Shown one piece after another: positions 27,607-36,730 of a DNA stretch of 64,000 nt (position 1 is the stretch's first letter; every line of letters begins with the position of its first letter). A model generated the notes under the pieces. It saw only the letters and a list, made by a program, of their open reading frames with translations, ran no database searches and had not been told where the DNA came from. The position numbers and the translations under genes were made by a program. This DNA comes from an uncultured Collinsella sp. Its GTDB lineage: Bacteria; Actinomycetota; Coriobacteriia; Coriobacteriales; Coriobacteriaceae. The stretch covers positions 10,688 through 74,687 of the forward strand of contig CAAEBN010000017.1 in the NCBI GenBank assembly GCA_900754075.1. The letters are read 5' to 3'.

Positions 27607-28518
27607 ATGAACGCTTCATCGCTTTCCTTCCAAGACATCATCCTGCGCCTCCAGCAGTACTGGGGCGAGCAGGGCTGCGTCATTATGCAGCCCTATGACT
27701 CCGAGGTCGGTGCCGGTACCTTCCATACCGCGACCACGCTGCGCTCGCTCGGTCCCGCCGAGTGGCGCACCTGCTATGCACAGCCCTGCCGCCGTCCCGC
27801 CGACGGCCGCTACGGCGAGAACCCCAACCGCATGCAGCATTACTATCAGTTCCAGGTGCTTATCAAGCCCTCGCCGGTCAACGCCCAGGAGCTCTACTTG
27901 GGTTCGCTGGCCGCCATTGGCCTGGACCCCAACGACCATGACGTCCGCTTTGTCGAGGACGACTGGGAGAGCCCGACGCTCGGCGCCTGGGGCCTTGGCT
28001 GGGAGGTCTGGCTCAATGGCATGGAGGTCACGCAGTTTACGTACTTCCAGCAGGTGGGCGGCATCGAGGTCGACCCCGTGCCCGTCGAGATCACCTATGG
28101 CCTGGAGCGTATCGCCATGTACGCCCAGGGCGTCAACTCGGTCTATGACCTGGTGTGGAGCTACCTGCCCGACGGCACGCCCATGACCTACGGCGACGTG
28201 TTCCTGGAGAACGAGCGCGAGTTCAGCGCTTACAACTTTGAGGTCGCCAACGTCGAGATGATGCGTCAGAAGTTTGACGACTACGAGGCCGAGTGCCACT
28301 CCTGCCTGGAGCGCAAGCTGCCGCTGCCGGCATATGACTGCGTCATGAAGTGCAGCCATGCCTTCAACCTGCTCGATGCCCGCGGTGCGCTGTCCGCAGT
28401 CGAGCGCGCCAACTACATCCTGCGCGTCCGCGCCGTCGCCAAGGCGTGCTGCGAGGCCTATATGGCCGAGGTCGCCGGAATCAACGAGAATGCCGATCAG
28501 GAAGGCGAGGTGGCGTAA
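27607..28518 (+). CDS. glyQ: glycine--tRNA ligase alpha subunit
   Basis: Highly conserved GlyQ sequence (…[24 protein letters not shown]…[11 protein letters not shown]…). Confidence 0.95.
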   Translation: MNASSLSFQDIILRLQQYWGEQGCVIMQPYDSEVGAGTFHTATTLRSLGPAEWRTCYAQPCRRPADGRYGENPNRMQHYYQFQVLIKPSPVNAQELYLGSLAAIGLDPNDHDVRFVEDDWESPTLGAWGLGWEVWLNGMEVTQFTYFQQVGGIEVDPVPVEITYGLERIAMYAQGVNSVYDLVWSYLPDGTPMTYGDVFLENEREFSAYNFEVANVEMMRQKFDDYEAECHSCLERKLPLPAYDCVMKCSHAFNLLDARGALSAVERANYILRVRAVAKACCEAYMAEVAGINENADQEGEVA

Positions 28519-28521
28519 GCC

Positions 28522-30618
28522 ATGGCAGACGCTAAGGATTTCCTGTTTGAGATCGGTACGGAGGAAATGCCCTCTGCACCGCTGAACAATGCCGTCAAGC
28601 AGCTTGGCACCATGATCGCCAAGGGTCTCGACGAGGCCGGTCTGGCCCATGGCGAGGTCCGCGTGATCTCGAGCCCGCGTCGCCTGGCTGCGCTCGTTGC
28701 CGACGTCGCCACCGCGACCGATGAGGTTCACGAGGTTAAGCGTGGCCCCGCGGCCAACATCGCCTTCGACGCTGACGGTAACGCCACCAAGGCCGCCCAG
28801 GGCTTCGCCCGCAAGTGCGGTGTGGCTGCCGAGGACCTGGTCCGTCGCGAGGACACCGACGGACGTGAGTACGTCTTTGCCGAGAAGAACATTCCTTCCG
28901 CCCCGGCCACGCCGATCCTGACCGCCCTGTGCGAGAAGACCATCGCCGGCCTGCAGTGGCCCAACTACCGCAGCCAGCGCTGGGGTCACGAGCACGCTAC
29001 GTTTGTTCGTCCGGTCCGTTGGATCTGCTGCCTTTTGGGCGAGGACGTCGTGCCCGTGTCGTTTGCCGACGTGACGAGCGGTAACACCACGCGCGGCCAT
29101 CGCGTGCTTGGTCCCGGTGAGCATGTGGTCGCCAACCCTGCCGTCTACGAGCAGGTACTCGAGGACGCCGGTGTGCTTTCTGCTGAGCGCCGTCGCGAGG
29201 CCATCCTTGCCGGTATCGCCGAGGTCGAGGCTGCGCGCCCCGGCTGCCACGTCGATACGCCCAAGAAGGTCTTCGAGGAGGTCATCAACCTCTGCGAGTG
29301 GCCGACGGTGCTCGTCGGTACCTTCGATGAGGAGTTCCTCAAGGTCCCTCACGAGATCATCTGCGAGTCTATGCTCACCAACCAGCGCTACTTCCCGATT
29401 TATGACGGCGAGGGCAAGCTGACGCGTGAGTTCGTGATCGTCTCCAACAGCAAGCCCGAGAATGCCGAGCGCGTGATCGACGGCAACGAGCGCGTTGTGC
29501 GCGCCCGCCTGGATGACGCCAAGTTCTTCTACGAGGGGGACCTGAAGATCTCCCTCGACGAGTTCCGCGAGCGCCTGGCCAAGGTTGCCTTCCAGGAGAA
29601 GCTCGGCAGCGTGCTCGCCAAGTCCGAGCGTATTGAGCAGCTCGCGCTCGCTATTGCCCGTGAGGCCCATCTGGGCGCTCACCTTGCCGCCGACGCTGGC
29701 CGCGCCGCACACCTGTGCAAGGCCGACCTGGTGTCCAACGCTGTCGTCGAGTTCACGAGCCAGCAGGGCGTGATGGGCGGTTATTACGCGACCGCGATGG
29801 GGGAGAACGACGAGGTCGCCCATGCCATTCGCGATCACTATCGTCCCCGCTTCGCTGGCGACGAGCTGCCCGAGGGCACCGCTGGCTGCATCGTTGCCTG
29901 CGCCGACAAGCTCGATACCATCGCCGGTATCTTTGCCATCGGCGAGCCCCCGACCGGCTCTTCCGACCCGTACGCGCTGCGTCGTGCCGCTATCGGCATC
30001 ATCAACATCCTGCGCGACCGTCTGCCGATTGATCCCACGTCGCTCATCGACTTTGCGCTCGAGCTCTATAGCGAGCAGGGCATTGAGTTCAACGCCGCCG
30101 AGGTCGCCCAGCAGGTCCGCGACTTCTTCCACGGTCGTCTGGTGAGCATGGCCCGCGACGAGAAGATCCCGGCCGACACCGTTGCCGCCGTTTCTGCGGT
30201 GCACATCATTGCCCCGTCGGTCTTCTTCGCCCGCTGCGCCGCGCTCGACGAGGCCCGCAAGAACGATGCTGAGACCTTCGACAACCTGGCGACCGCCTAT
30301 GCCCGCGCCGCGCACATCTCCAAGCCCGAGCTGGGTGCTGAGTACGATCGCAGCCTGATGGGCGAGGTCGAGCTTGCGCTTGCCGACGCCTCCGAGGCCG
30401 CTCAGACCGCTGTCGATGCCGCTCTCGCCGCCGAGGATTACCCGGCCGCATTTACCGCCCTTGCCGCCCTGCGTGCCCCCATCGACCGTTTCTTCGACGA
30501 GGTTATGGTCATGGACAAGGACGAGCAGCTCCGCGATAATCGCCTTAAGCTGCTCAACCGTTTCGAGGCCGTTTTCTCCGGCATCGCCAACATCGGTGAG
30601 CTTGCCCGCAAAAAGTAA
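28522..30618 (+). CDS. glyS: glycine--tRNA ligase beta subunit
   Basis: 698 aa GlyS immediately after glyQ; includes the anticodon-binding DALR-like C-terminus. Confidence 0.95.
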   Translation: MADAKDFLFEIGTEEMPSAPLNNAVKQLGTMIAKGLDEAGLAHGEVRVISSPRRLAALVADVATATDEVHEVKRGPAANIAFDADGNATKAAQGFARKCGVAAEDLVRREDTDGREYVFAEKNIPSAPATPILTALCEKTIAGLQWPNYRSQRWGHEHATFVRPVRWICCLLGEDVVPVSFADVTSGNTTRGHRVLGPGEHVVANPAVYEQVLEDAGVLSAERRREAILAGIAEVEAARPGCHVDTPKKVFEEVINLCEWPTVLVGTFDEEFLKVPHEIICESMLTNQRYFPIYDGEGKLTREFVIVSNSKPENAERVIDGNERVVRARLDDAKFFYEGDLKISLDEFRERLAKVAFQEKLGSVLAKSERIEQLALAIAREAHLGAHLAADAGRAAHLCKADLVSNAVVEFTSQQGVMGGYYATAMGENDEVAHAIRDHYRPRFAGDELPEGTAGCIVACADKLDTIAGIFAIGEPPTGSSDPYALRRAAIGIINILRDRLPIDPTSLIDFALELYSEQGIEFNAAEVAQQVRDFFHGRLVSMARDEKIPADTVAAVSAVHIIAPSVFFARCAALDEARKNDAETFDNLATAYARAAHISKPELGAEYDRSLMGEVELALADASEAAQTAVDAALAAEDYPAAFTALAALRAPIDRFFDEVMVMDKDEQLRDNRLKLLNRFEAVFSGIANIGELARKK

Positions 30619-30652
30619 GCTAGCCTGCGCATGAGCGCAAAAGGAGCCCCGC

Positions 30653-31528
30653 ATGGATTGCCCGGTCACCGCTCGTACCACCGTTATCGTTATCTCCGAC
30701 TCGCTCGGTGATACCGCTTGTGAGGTGGTGCTTGCGGCGTCCGGGCAATTTGATGAAGGGGCTTTTCGTCTCTTGCGCCTGCCCAAGGTGAACTCAGTGG
30801 AGCAGGTCAAGTCGTTTGTGGGTCCGCGTGTCGATGCGGACCATCGCGATATCGCCGTGTTCCATACCATCGTCGACCCGTCGCTTCGTGCTCGCGTGCT
30901 CGACTACTTGGGCATGCTGCACATTCGCTCGGTCGACCTGATCGGTCCGACCCTCGCCGTGCTGTCGTCGCTTATCGGTGTGCCGCCCAAGGGCGTCGCG
31001 GGCGTGATTCACAGGACCGATGACCGCTATTTCCATCGTATCGAGGCCATGGAGTATTTCGTTGAGCACGATGACGGGCGCGGCTGTGACGATCTGTCGG
31101 GGGCTGATATCGTGCTGCTGGGCGTATCCCGCACTTCTAAGACGCCGCTGTCGATGTATTTGGCCTATCAGGGCTATAAGGTCGCCAACGTTCCGTTGGC
31201 GCACGGTATGGAGCCACCCAAGTCGATTTACGAGGTCGATCCTATGCGTCTCTTCGGTCTGATTTCGACCGTCGATGTGATTTCCGAGATTCGCGATAGC
31301 CGCCTGGGCGACGACTATGCCCGTGCCGTTGCCGGCTCCTATGCCGAGCCCGAGAGTGTGCGCAGTGAGCTCGAGGAGGCTCGTGCCCTCATGAAACGTC
31401 TGGGTTGCTTTGTGGTGCGCACCGACGGCAAGGCGATCGAGGAGAGTGCCTCCGAGATCATCGCTCACCTCGAAGAGATTCAAGAGGCAAGAGCCCGCCG
31501 TGCCGCCCGCCGCGCTCAACAAAAGTAG
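30653..31528 (+). CDS. pyruvate, phosphate dikinase regulatory protein (bifunctional kinase/pyrophosphorylase, DUF299)
   Basis: N-terminal VISDSLGDTAC and P-loop GVSRTSKTPLSMYLA, characteristic of the PDRP/PpsR family. Directly upstream of ppdK. Confidence 0.85.
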   Translation: MDCPVTARTTVIVISDSLGDTACEVVLAASGQFDEGAFRLLRLPKVNSVEQVKSFVGPRVDADHRDIAVFHTIVDPSLRARVLDYLGMLHIRSVDLIGPTLAVLSSLIGVPPKGVAGVIHRTDDRYFHRIEAMEYFVEHDDGRGCDDLSGADIVLLGVSRTSKTPLSMYLAYQGYKVANVPLAHGMEPPKSIYEVDPMRLFGLISTVDVISEIRDSRLGDDYARAVAGSYAEPESVRSELEEARALMKRLGCFVVRTDGKAIEESASEIIAHLEEIQEARARRAARRAQQK

Positions 31529-31631
31529 CTAATTTGGGACGGGGCTTTTTTAACTGCCCCGTCGGCAATTGGCCAAAAAGCTCGTGGCCTCAGCCGGGGT
31601 AGCTAAAAAAGCCCCGTCCCAAATTAGCTAC
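31525..31631. repeat. 27-bp perfect inverted repeat (31525-31551 / 31605-31631) enclosing internal hairpins; bidirectional terminator-like
   Basis: GTAGCTAATTTGGGACGGGGCTTTTTT … AAAAAAGCCCCGTCCCAAATTAGCTAC are exact reverse complements. An internal 8-bp hairpin GACGGGGC-N10-GCCCCGTC sits at 31538-31563. The element spans the PDRP stop (31528). Confidence 0.85.
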
Positions 31632-31634
31632 TTA

Positions 31635-31652
31635 TGATAAAGCGCTTTATCA
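31635..31652. promoter_or_regulatory. 18-bp perfect palindrome TGATAAAGCGCTTTATCA (putative operator, LacI/cre-like core AAAGCGCTTT) upstream of ppdK
   Basis: Exact dyad symmetry, AT-rich in a 63% GC genome, ~220 nt upstream of the ppdK start. Followed by four TTTACC direct repeats (31667, 31713, 31723, 31744). Confidence 0.5.
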
Positions 31653-31871
31653 GTTTCTACCGCTTTTTACCTGCAATTATACTGTAGTGCTATCTTCATA
31701 AGCTAACCACCTTTACCTACCGTTTACCGCTAGTTTTAGCACGTTTACCAAACCGCGTATCCTCTGCTCAAGCCCGTTCAAAACCCGCCGTATAGTTCCC
31801 TCACGGCCCGCATCCGGCGGGCCAATTCGTTACCACGGTCGTGCGCGAGAGCGCATGGAAGGGGAAGTATC

Positions 31872-34622
31872 GTGAGCGATTGCAAGAGGGTTTACCGTTT
31901 TGGAACCGATGCCCAGGGCACTTGTGTCACCGAGGGCGACAAGTCCATGAACTTCGTGCTTGGCGGCAAAGGCGCTAACCTTGCCGAGATGAGCCGTATC
32001 GGCCTGCCGGTTCCCGGTGGCTTCACCATTACCTGCCAGACCTGCGTCGAGTACTCTGGTGCCGGCAACGTCTGGCCCGAAGGCGCGCTCGACGAGATCG
32101 TTGCTGCCGAGGCCGACCTCGAGGCTCGCTGCGGCAAGAAGCTCGGCGATGCCCGTGACCCGCTGCTCGTCTCGGTGCGCTCGGGTGCCCCGTTCTCCAT
32201 GCCCGGTATGATGGATACGGTCCTCAACTTGGGCCTCAATGACGATTCCGTCCAGGGCCTTATCGCCCAGACGCAGAACCCGCGCTTTGCCTGGGATAGC
32301 TATCGTCGCTTTATCCAGATGTTCTCTAACGTCGTCATGGGTGTCGATGCCGACTTGTTCGAAAACGCCCTGACCCAGGCCCGCCTGGTCGCCGGCGTTC
32401 GCATCGATTCCGAGCTTTCGTCCGAGGACCTGCAGGAGCTCGTCGAGACCTTTAAGGGCATTTTCTCTGAGAACGTCGAGGCCGCCCTGTACCCCGAGCT
32501 CGAGGTCGCGGAAGGCAAGCCCGTCTTTCCGCACGATCCGGAGCTCCAGCTGCGCCTTGCCATTCAGGCCGTCTTTGGTAGCTGGATGAACGAGCGTGCC
32601 TGCATCTACCGCAAGCAGCACGGCATTTCCGACGACCTTGGCACCGCCGTCAACGTCCAGGCTATGGCCTTTGGCAATAAGGGTGAGACCTCGGCGACCG
32701 GCGTCGCCTTTACGCGCAACCCGGCCGACGGCACCAAGGAGTTCTACGGCGACTTTCTGGTCAACGCTCAGGGCGAGGACGTCGTCGCCGGCATCCGTAA
32801 CACCGAGCCCATCGCCGACCTCAAGACCACCCCGGGCCTCGAGTCCGCAGGTGAGGAGCTTGAGCGTGTCTTCCTGACGCTTGAGGATCACTACCGCGAT
32901 ATGTGCGACATCGAGTTCACCATCGAGCAGGGCAAGCTCTGGATGCTCCAGACCCGCGTGGGCAAGCGTACCGCAACCGCCGCTCTGCGCATTGCTATTG
33001 AGATGGTCGAGGAAGGCCTCATTACCCGTGAGGAGGCCGTGAGCCGCATCGACCCCGCGCAGCTCGACCAGCTCCTGCACCCGCAGTTCGACTCCTCCAA
33101 GAAGTACGAGGCGCTCGCATGCGGCCTTAATGCCAGTCCCGGTGCCGCCGTGGGCGAGGTCGTGTTCTCGAGCGATGACGCCGTTGCGCGTTCTGCCGAG
33201 GGCCATAAGGTCATTCTGGTTCGCTGGGAGACCAACCCCGATGACCTGAAGGGCATGGTCGCCGCCGAGGGCATCCTGACCAGCCACGGTGGCAAGACGA
33301 GCCATGCCGCCGTTATCGCTCGCGGTATGGGCACGCCCTGCGTCTGCGGCGTCGAGCGCTTCCATATTGACGCCGCCGAGAAGGTCGTGCACATTGAGGG
33401 CAGCGATCGCGTGCTGCACGAGGGCGACATCATCTCCATCGACGGCACTCAGGGCATCGTCGTCGATGGCGCTGTCGACTTGGTCTCCGCTGAGCTCACC
33501 GGCGACCTGGACACCATCCTGTCCTGGGCCGACGAGATCCGCCTGGACGAGACCGACGGTCACGCCAACCACGTGCGCGTCAACGCCGATAACCCCGAGG
33601 ATGCCGAGCTCGCGCTTGAGTTTGGCGCCGAGTCCATCGGTCTGTGCCGCACCGAGCACATGTTCCTGGGCGATCGCAAGAACATTATCCAGAGCTTCAT
33701 CCTGTCCGACGACGAGGCCGTGAAGCAGCAGGCCCTGGCCGATCTGCTCAAGGTCCAGACTGAGGACTTCTTGGCGATGTTCAAGACCATGTCTGGTCGC
33801 GAGGTGGTCGTTCGCCTGCTCGATCCGCCGCTTCATGAGTTCTTGGATAATCCTCGAGAGCTCGAGGTCGCCATCACCAAGAAGGAGGCCGCTGGCGCCA
33901 GCGAGGAGGAGCTCGCCGCCTTGCGCACCCGCCTGCGCCGCATCGACGGCATGGTCGAGTCCAACCCGATGCTCGGCCTGCGCGGCGTGCGTCTGTCCGT
34001 CGTCTTCGGTGACCTGCCGCTCATGCAGGTCCGTGCCGTGGCAACGGCTGCCGCTCGCCTTATCAAGGAAGGCGTCGACCCGCGCCCCGAGATCATGGTT
34101 CCGCTCGTTTCCATCACGGCCGAGCATGTCCAGACCCGCGAGGTCATCGAGCGCGTGATCGCCGAGGTTTCCTCCGAGGAAGGCGTCGAGCTCAACATTC
34201 CCGTTGGCACGATGCTCGAGCTGCCGCGCGCCTGCATGGTCGCCGACGAGATCGCGCAGCACGCTGACTTCTTCTGCTTTGGCACCAACGACCTCACGCA
34301 GACGACGTTCGGTTTCTCGCGTGACGACGCCGAGGCCAAGTTCATCCCGCTGTACATGCACAAGAAGATCTTGAAGGATAACCCCTTCGAGACCATCGAC
34401 TCGGCGGTGCTGGAGCTCGTGCACATGGCCGTCGAGAAGGGTCGTGCCACCAACCCCAGCATGCACTTTGGCGTGTGCGGTGAGCACGGCGGCGACCCTA
34501 AGTCCATCAAGGCCCTGTTTAACGCGGCCGACGTGGACTATGTGTCCTGCTCGCCTTATCGCGTGCCCCTCGCACGCCTGGCTGCCGCCCAGGCCAAGCT
34601 CGAGGCCAAGCGTTCCGCCTAA
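31872..34622 (+). CDS. ppdK: pyruvate, phosphate dikinase
   Basis: 916 aa; N-terminal ATP-grasp (…LGGKGANLAEM…), central phospho-His domain (…GGKTSHAAVIARGMG…) and PEP-utilising C-terminus (…CGE…). GTG start after GAAGGGGAAG. Confidence 0.95.
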   Translation: MSDCKRVYRFGTDAQGTCVTEGDKSMNFVLGGKGANLAEMSRIGLPVPGGFTITCQTCVEYSGAGNVWPEGALDEIVAAEADLEARCGKKLGDARDPLLVSVRSGAPFSMPGMMDTVLNLGLNDDSVQGLIAQTQNPRFAWDSYRRFIQMFSNVVMGVDADLFENALTQARLVAGVRIDSELSSEDLQELVETFKGIFSENVEAALYPELEVAEGKPVFPHDPELQLRLAIQAVFGSWMNERACIYRKQHGISDDLGTAVNVQAMAFGNKGETSATGVAFTRNPADGTKEFYGDFLVNAQGEDVVAGIRNTEPIADLKTTPGLESAGEELERVFLTLEDHYRDMCDIEFTIEQGKLWMLQTRVGKRTATAALRIAIEMVEEGLITREEAVSRIDPAQLDQLLHPQFDSSKKYEALACGLNASPGAAVGEVVFSSDDAVARSAEGHKVILVRWETNPDDLKGMVAAEGILTSHGGKTSHAAVIARGMGTPCVCGVERFHIDAAEKVVHIEGSDRVLHEGDIISIDGTQGIVVDGAVDLVSAELTGDLDTILSWADEIRLDETDGHANHVRVNADNPEDAELALEFGAESIGLCRTEHMFLGDRKNIIQSFILSDDEAVKQQALADLLKVQTEDFLAMFKTMSGREVVVRLLDPPLHEFLDNPRELEVAITKKEAAGASEEELAALRTRLRRIDGMVESNPMLGLRGVRLSVVFGDLPLMQVRAVATAAARLIKEGVDPRPEIMVPLVSITAEHVQTREVIERVIAEVSSEEGVELNIPVGTMLELPRACMVADEIAQHADFFCFGTNDLTQTTFGFSRDDAEAKFIPLYMHKKILKDNPFETIDSAVLELVHMAVEKGRATNPSMHFGVCGEHGGDPKSIKALFNAADVDYVSCSPYRVPLARLAAAQAKLEAKRSA

Positions 34623-34660
34623 CCTTTTGGGTATAGACGCCTAGCGTAGCCCCCTTCATG

Positions 34661-34712
34661 CCGCCCGTCTCATTCGTGAGGCGGGCGGTTGTCATGTGCG
34701 GGTTTTGTCTTT
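34661..34712 (+). terminator. intrinsic terminator after ppdK
   Basis: CCGCCCGTCTCA-TTCG-TGAGGCGGGCGG (12-bp stem with one G-U pair) followed by T-rich TTGTCATGTGCGGGTTTTGTCTTTTTG. Confidence 0.7.
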
Positions 34713-34734
34713 TTGTCTGCATAAAAAATTGTTC

Positions 34735-34762
34735 TTGCAGCAGAAACCCGCGCGTGTATACT
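34735..34762 (+). promoter_or_regulatory. sigma-70-like promoter for rplS (TTGCAG-16 nt-TATACT)
   Basis: -35 TTGCAG at 34735-34740, -10 TATACT at 34757-34762, ~70 nt upstream of rplS. The leader contains hairpin GTGCCGG…CGGCAC. Confidence 0.5.
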
Positions 34763-34831
34763 CGAATACGTTTGTTCAACTACGTGCCGGCCAAGGTGGT
34801 ACGGCACCTCTAGAAGAGTAAGGAATTGCAC

Positions 34832-35173
34832 ATGGATTACATCCGCGCAATCGAGCGTCAGCAGATCCGCGAGGACATCCCGCAGGTCCGCGTTGCCGAC
34901 AACGTCAAGGTTCACTACCGCATTAAGGAAGGCGACCGCGAGCGCATCCAGGTTTTCCAGGGTGACGTCATCCGCATGGCCGGCGCCGGTGCCCGTGAGA
35001 CCTTCACCGTCCGCAAGATTTCCTTCGGTGTCGGTGTTGAGCGTACCTTCCCGCTTCACAGCCCCAAGATCGCCAAGCTCGAGGTCGTCCGTCATGGTCG
35101 CGTCCGTCGCGCCAAGCTGTACTACCTCCGCGACAAGGTGGGCAAGGCTGCTCGCATCCCCGAGAAGCGCTAA
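34832..35173 (+). CDS. rplS: 50S ribosomal protein L19
   Basis: [47 protein letters not shown]… L19 signature. ATG 34832 follows AAGGAA. Confidence 0.95.
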   Translation: MDYIRAIERQQIREDIPQVRVADNVKVHYRIKEGDRERIQVFQGDVIRMAGAGARETFTVRKISFGVGVERTFPLHSPKIAKLEVVRHGRVRRAKLYYLRDKVGKAARIPEKR

Positions 35174-35206
35174 GAAGATCGCAGCGTCTGTCCACTCGTT
35201 TGGACA

Positions 35207-35239
35207 AAAGGGTCACCTTCGGGTGGCCCTTCTTTTTAT
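35207..35239 (+). terminator. intrinsic terminator after rplS
   Basis: AAGGGTCACC-TTCG-GGTGGCCCTT followed by CTTTTTAT. Confidence 0.85.
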
Positions 35240-35266
35240 CTGATTTGCATGCAAGGAGGCCCCGAT

Positions 35267-36055
35267 ATGGCCAACATGACGAGCTCGGTTTCGGCATCGC
35301 AGGTTGCCGGCGAGCTGGCGAGCGCCACGTTTGAGGAGATCCCCGCCCTCGTGGAGCATTATCGTGAGGATCCGCGCCAGCAAGTGATCAAGGCTTGCGA
35401 GCGTGCTCTTAAGCGCCATGCCAAGGAACTTGCCGAGCGCGAGCGCGTCAACGGCATGTACGAGCTGATGCACGAGCTCGGTGGGGATGGCGTGGTCGTG
35501 GGCGTGGACGAGGTGGGTCGCGGCTCGGTGGCCGGTCCTTTGACGGTGTGCGCCATGTGCCTTCCCATGGAGCCGCGCGTCTGGGGCATCAACGATTCCA
35601 AAAAGCTCACGCCGGCGCGCCGCGAGCTGCTCTCTGTGAAGATTGCCGAGGTCGCGACGGCGATTGGTTTTTGCCATATCGCGCCCGCGGATATCGATGA
35701 TATGGGCATGGCCCGCGCCATCCGCGCTGCCGTCGCGGGCGCCGTGGCCGATACGGGGCTCGAGCCCGATTGCGTGCTTATGGACGGTAACCCCTTGGGC
35801 GCCGTACCCAACGAGCGCGACGTGGTGAAGGGCGATGCCAAAATCGCCTGTATCGCCGCGGCGTCCATCATGGCCAAGGTCACGCGTGACGAGATGATGG
35901 TCGAGTACGACGCCGAGTATCCCGAGTATCATTTGGCCGAATCGAAGGGCTACGCAAGCCCCGAGCACATCGAGGCGATCCGCAAACACGGACTTTGTCC
36001 GCTGCACCGCGTGAGCTTTTGCGGAAACTTTCTGCAGACTGAGCGCCTTTTTTAG
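35267..36055 (+). CDS. rnhB: ribonuclease HII (with ~65 aa N-terminal extension)
   Basis: RNase HII core GVDEVGRGSVAGPL…DSKKL…(D-E-D-D residues). ATG 35267 follows AAGGAGG. Confidence 0.9.
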   Translation: MANMTSSVSASQVAGELASATFEEIPALVEHYREDPRQQVIKACERALKRHAKELAERERVNGMYELMHELGGDGVVVGVDEVGRGSVAGPLTVCAMCLPMEPRVWGINDSKKLTPARRELLSVKIAEVATAIGFCHIAPADIDDMGMARAIRAAVAGAVADTGLEPDCVLMDGNPLGAVPNERDVVKGDAKIACIAAASIMAKVTRDEMMVEYDAEYPEYHLAESKGYASPEHIEAIRKHGLCPLHRVSFCGNFLQTERLF

Positions 36056-36244
36056 GTCAATTGTGGAGACGGGGACCTCTGGCGTTTTATAAACCTGCTG
36101 GTAGCGGGCCGTGTGCAACGTGATTGTTGCGTACGGCCCGTTTTTTGTCGGCATTTGGTCAGCTTTTGGTTTGCTTCCGGTACTTACCCGCATGAAAGGC
36201 GCCCTCATCATCGGGGCAATGCAGTGTGCGGGAAAGGAGACCCC

Positions 36245-36730
36245 ATGTGTGCCGCAAGCAAAAAGAGCAAGACGCAGCAACTCAAGGAACGCTGGGAAGA
36301 CGGCGAGCTCGACTGCGGGGCGATGACGCCCGAGTTTATCAAGGGGCTCAGTCCTCGCGAGCTTGGCATGCTGGGCGAGTTGATCACCATCGATTACTTT
36401 AACGAGCGTGGTTACACCTTGTTGGAGCAGGGCTATCGTTGCATTGAGGGCGAAGCCGATCTGGTGCTGCTCGACGAGCTCGACGATGTCGTGGTGATGG
36501 CCGAGGTCAAGACGAGACGCGTTGCCCTGGATTGCACCACGCGGGTCTTTCCCGAGGAGGCCGTTGACGCCCAAAAGCAGCGTCGGTATCGCCGTATCGC
36601 AAGTTGCTATCTCATGGAGCACTATCCGCTCAGATCGATTCGCTTCGATGCCGTGGGCGTCACCATCCGCGGCGGGCATATCGCCGAGATCGAGCACCAG
36701 TACAATGCGTTCGATTGGCAGGTGTCGTGA
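36245..36730 (+). CDS. yraN: UPF0102 family endonuclease YraN
   Basis: …GEADLVLLDELDDVVVMAEVKTRR… matches the YraN/PD-(D/E)xK fold. ATG 36245 follows AAGGAGA; the ORF-track upstream extension is unlikely. Confidence 0.8.
   Translation: MCAASKKSKTQQLKERWEDGELDCGAMTPEFIKGLSPRELGMLGELITIDYFNERGYTLLEQGYRCIEGEADLVLLDELDDVVVMAEVKTRRVALDCTTRVFPEEAVDAQKQRRYRRIASCYLMEHYPLRSIRFDAVGVTIRGGHIAEIEHQYNAFDWQVS

Noticed and set aside
27616-30870. 1084-aa ORF on the - strand
   Set aside because: Entirely antisense to glyQ/glyS, which have unmistakable conserved sequence. It is low-complexity and Ala/Gly/Arg-rich, typical of GC-driven shadow ORFs.
31830-34487. 885-aa ORF on the - strand
   Set aside because: Antisense to ppdK. 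Shadow ORF.
36604-36729. Upstream extension of comM (ORF-track start at 36604)
   Set aside because: It would overlap yraN by 126 nt. The conserved ComM N-terminus begins at ATG 36730, coupled to the yraN stop.
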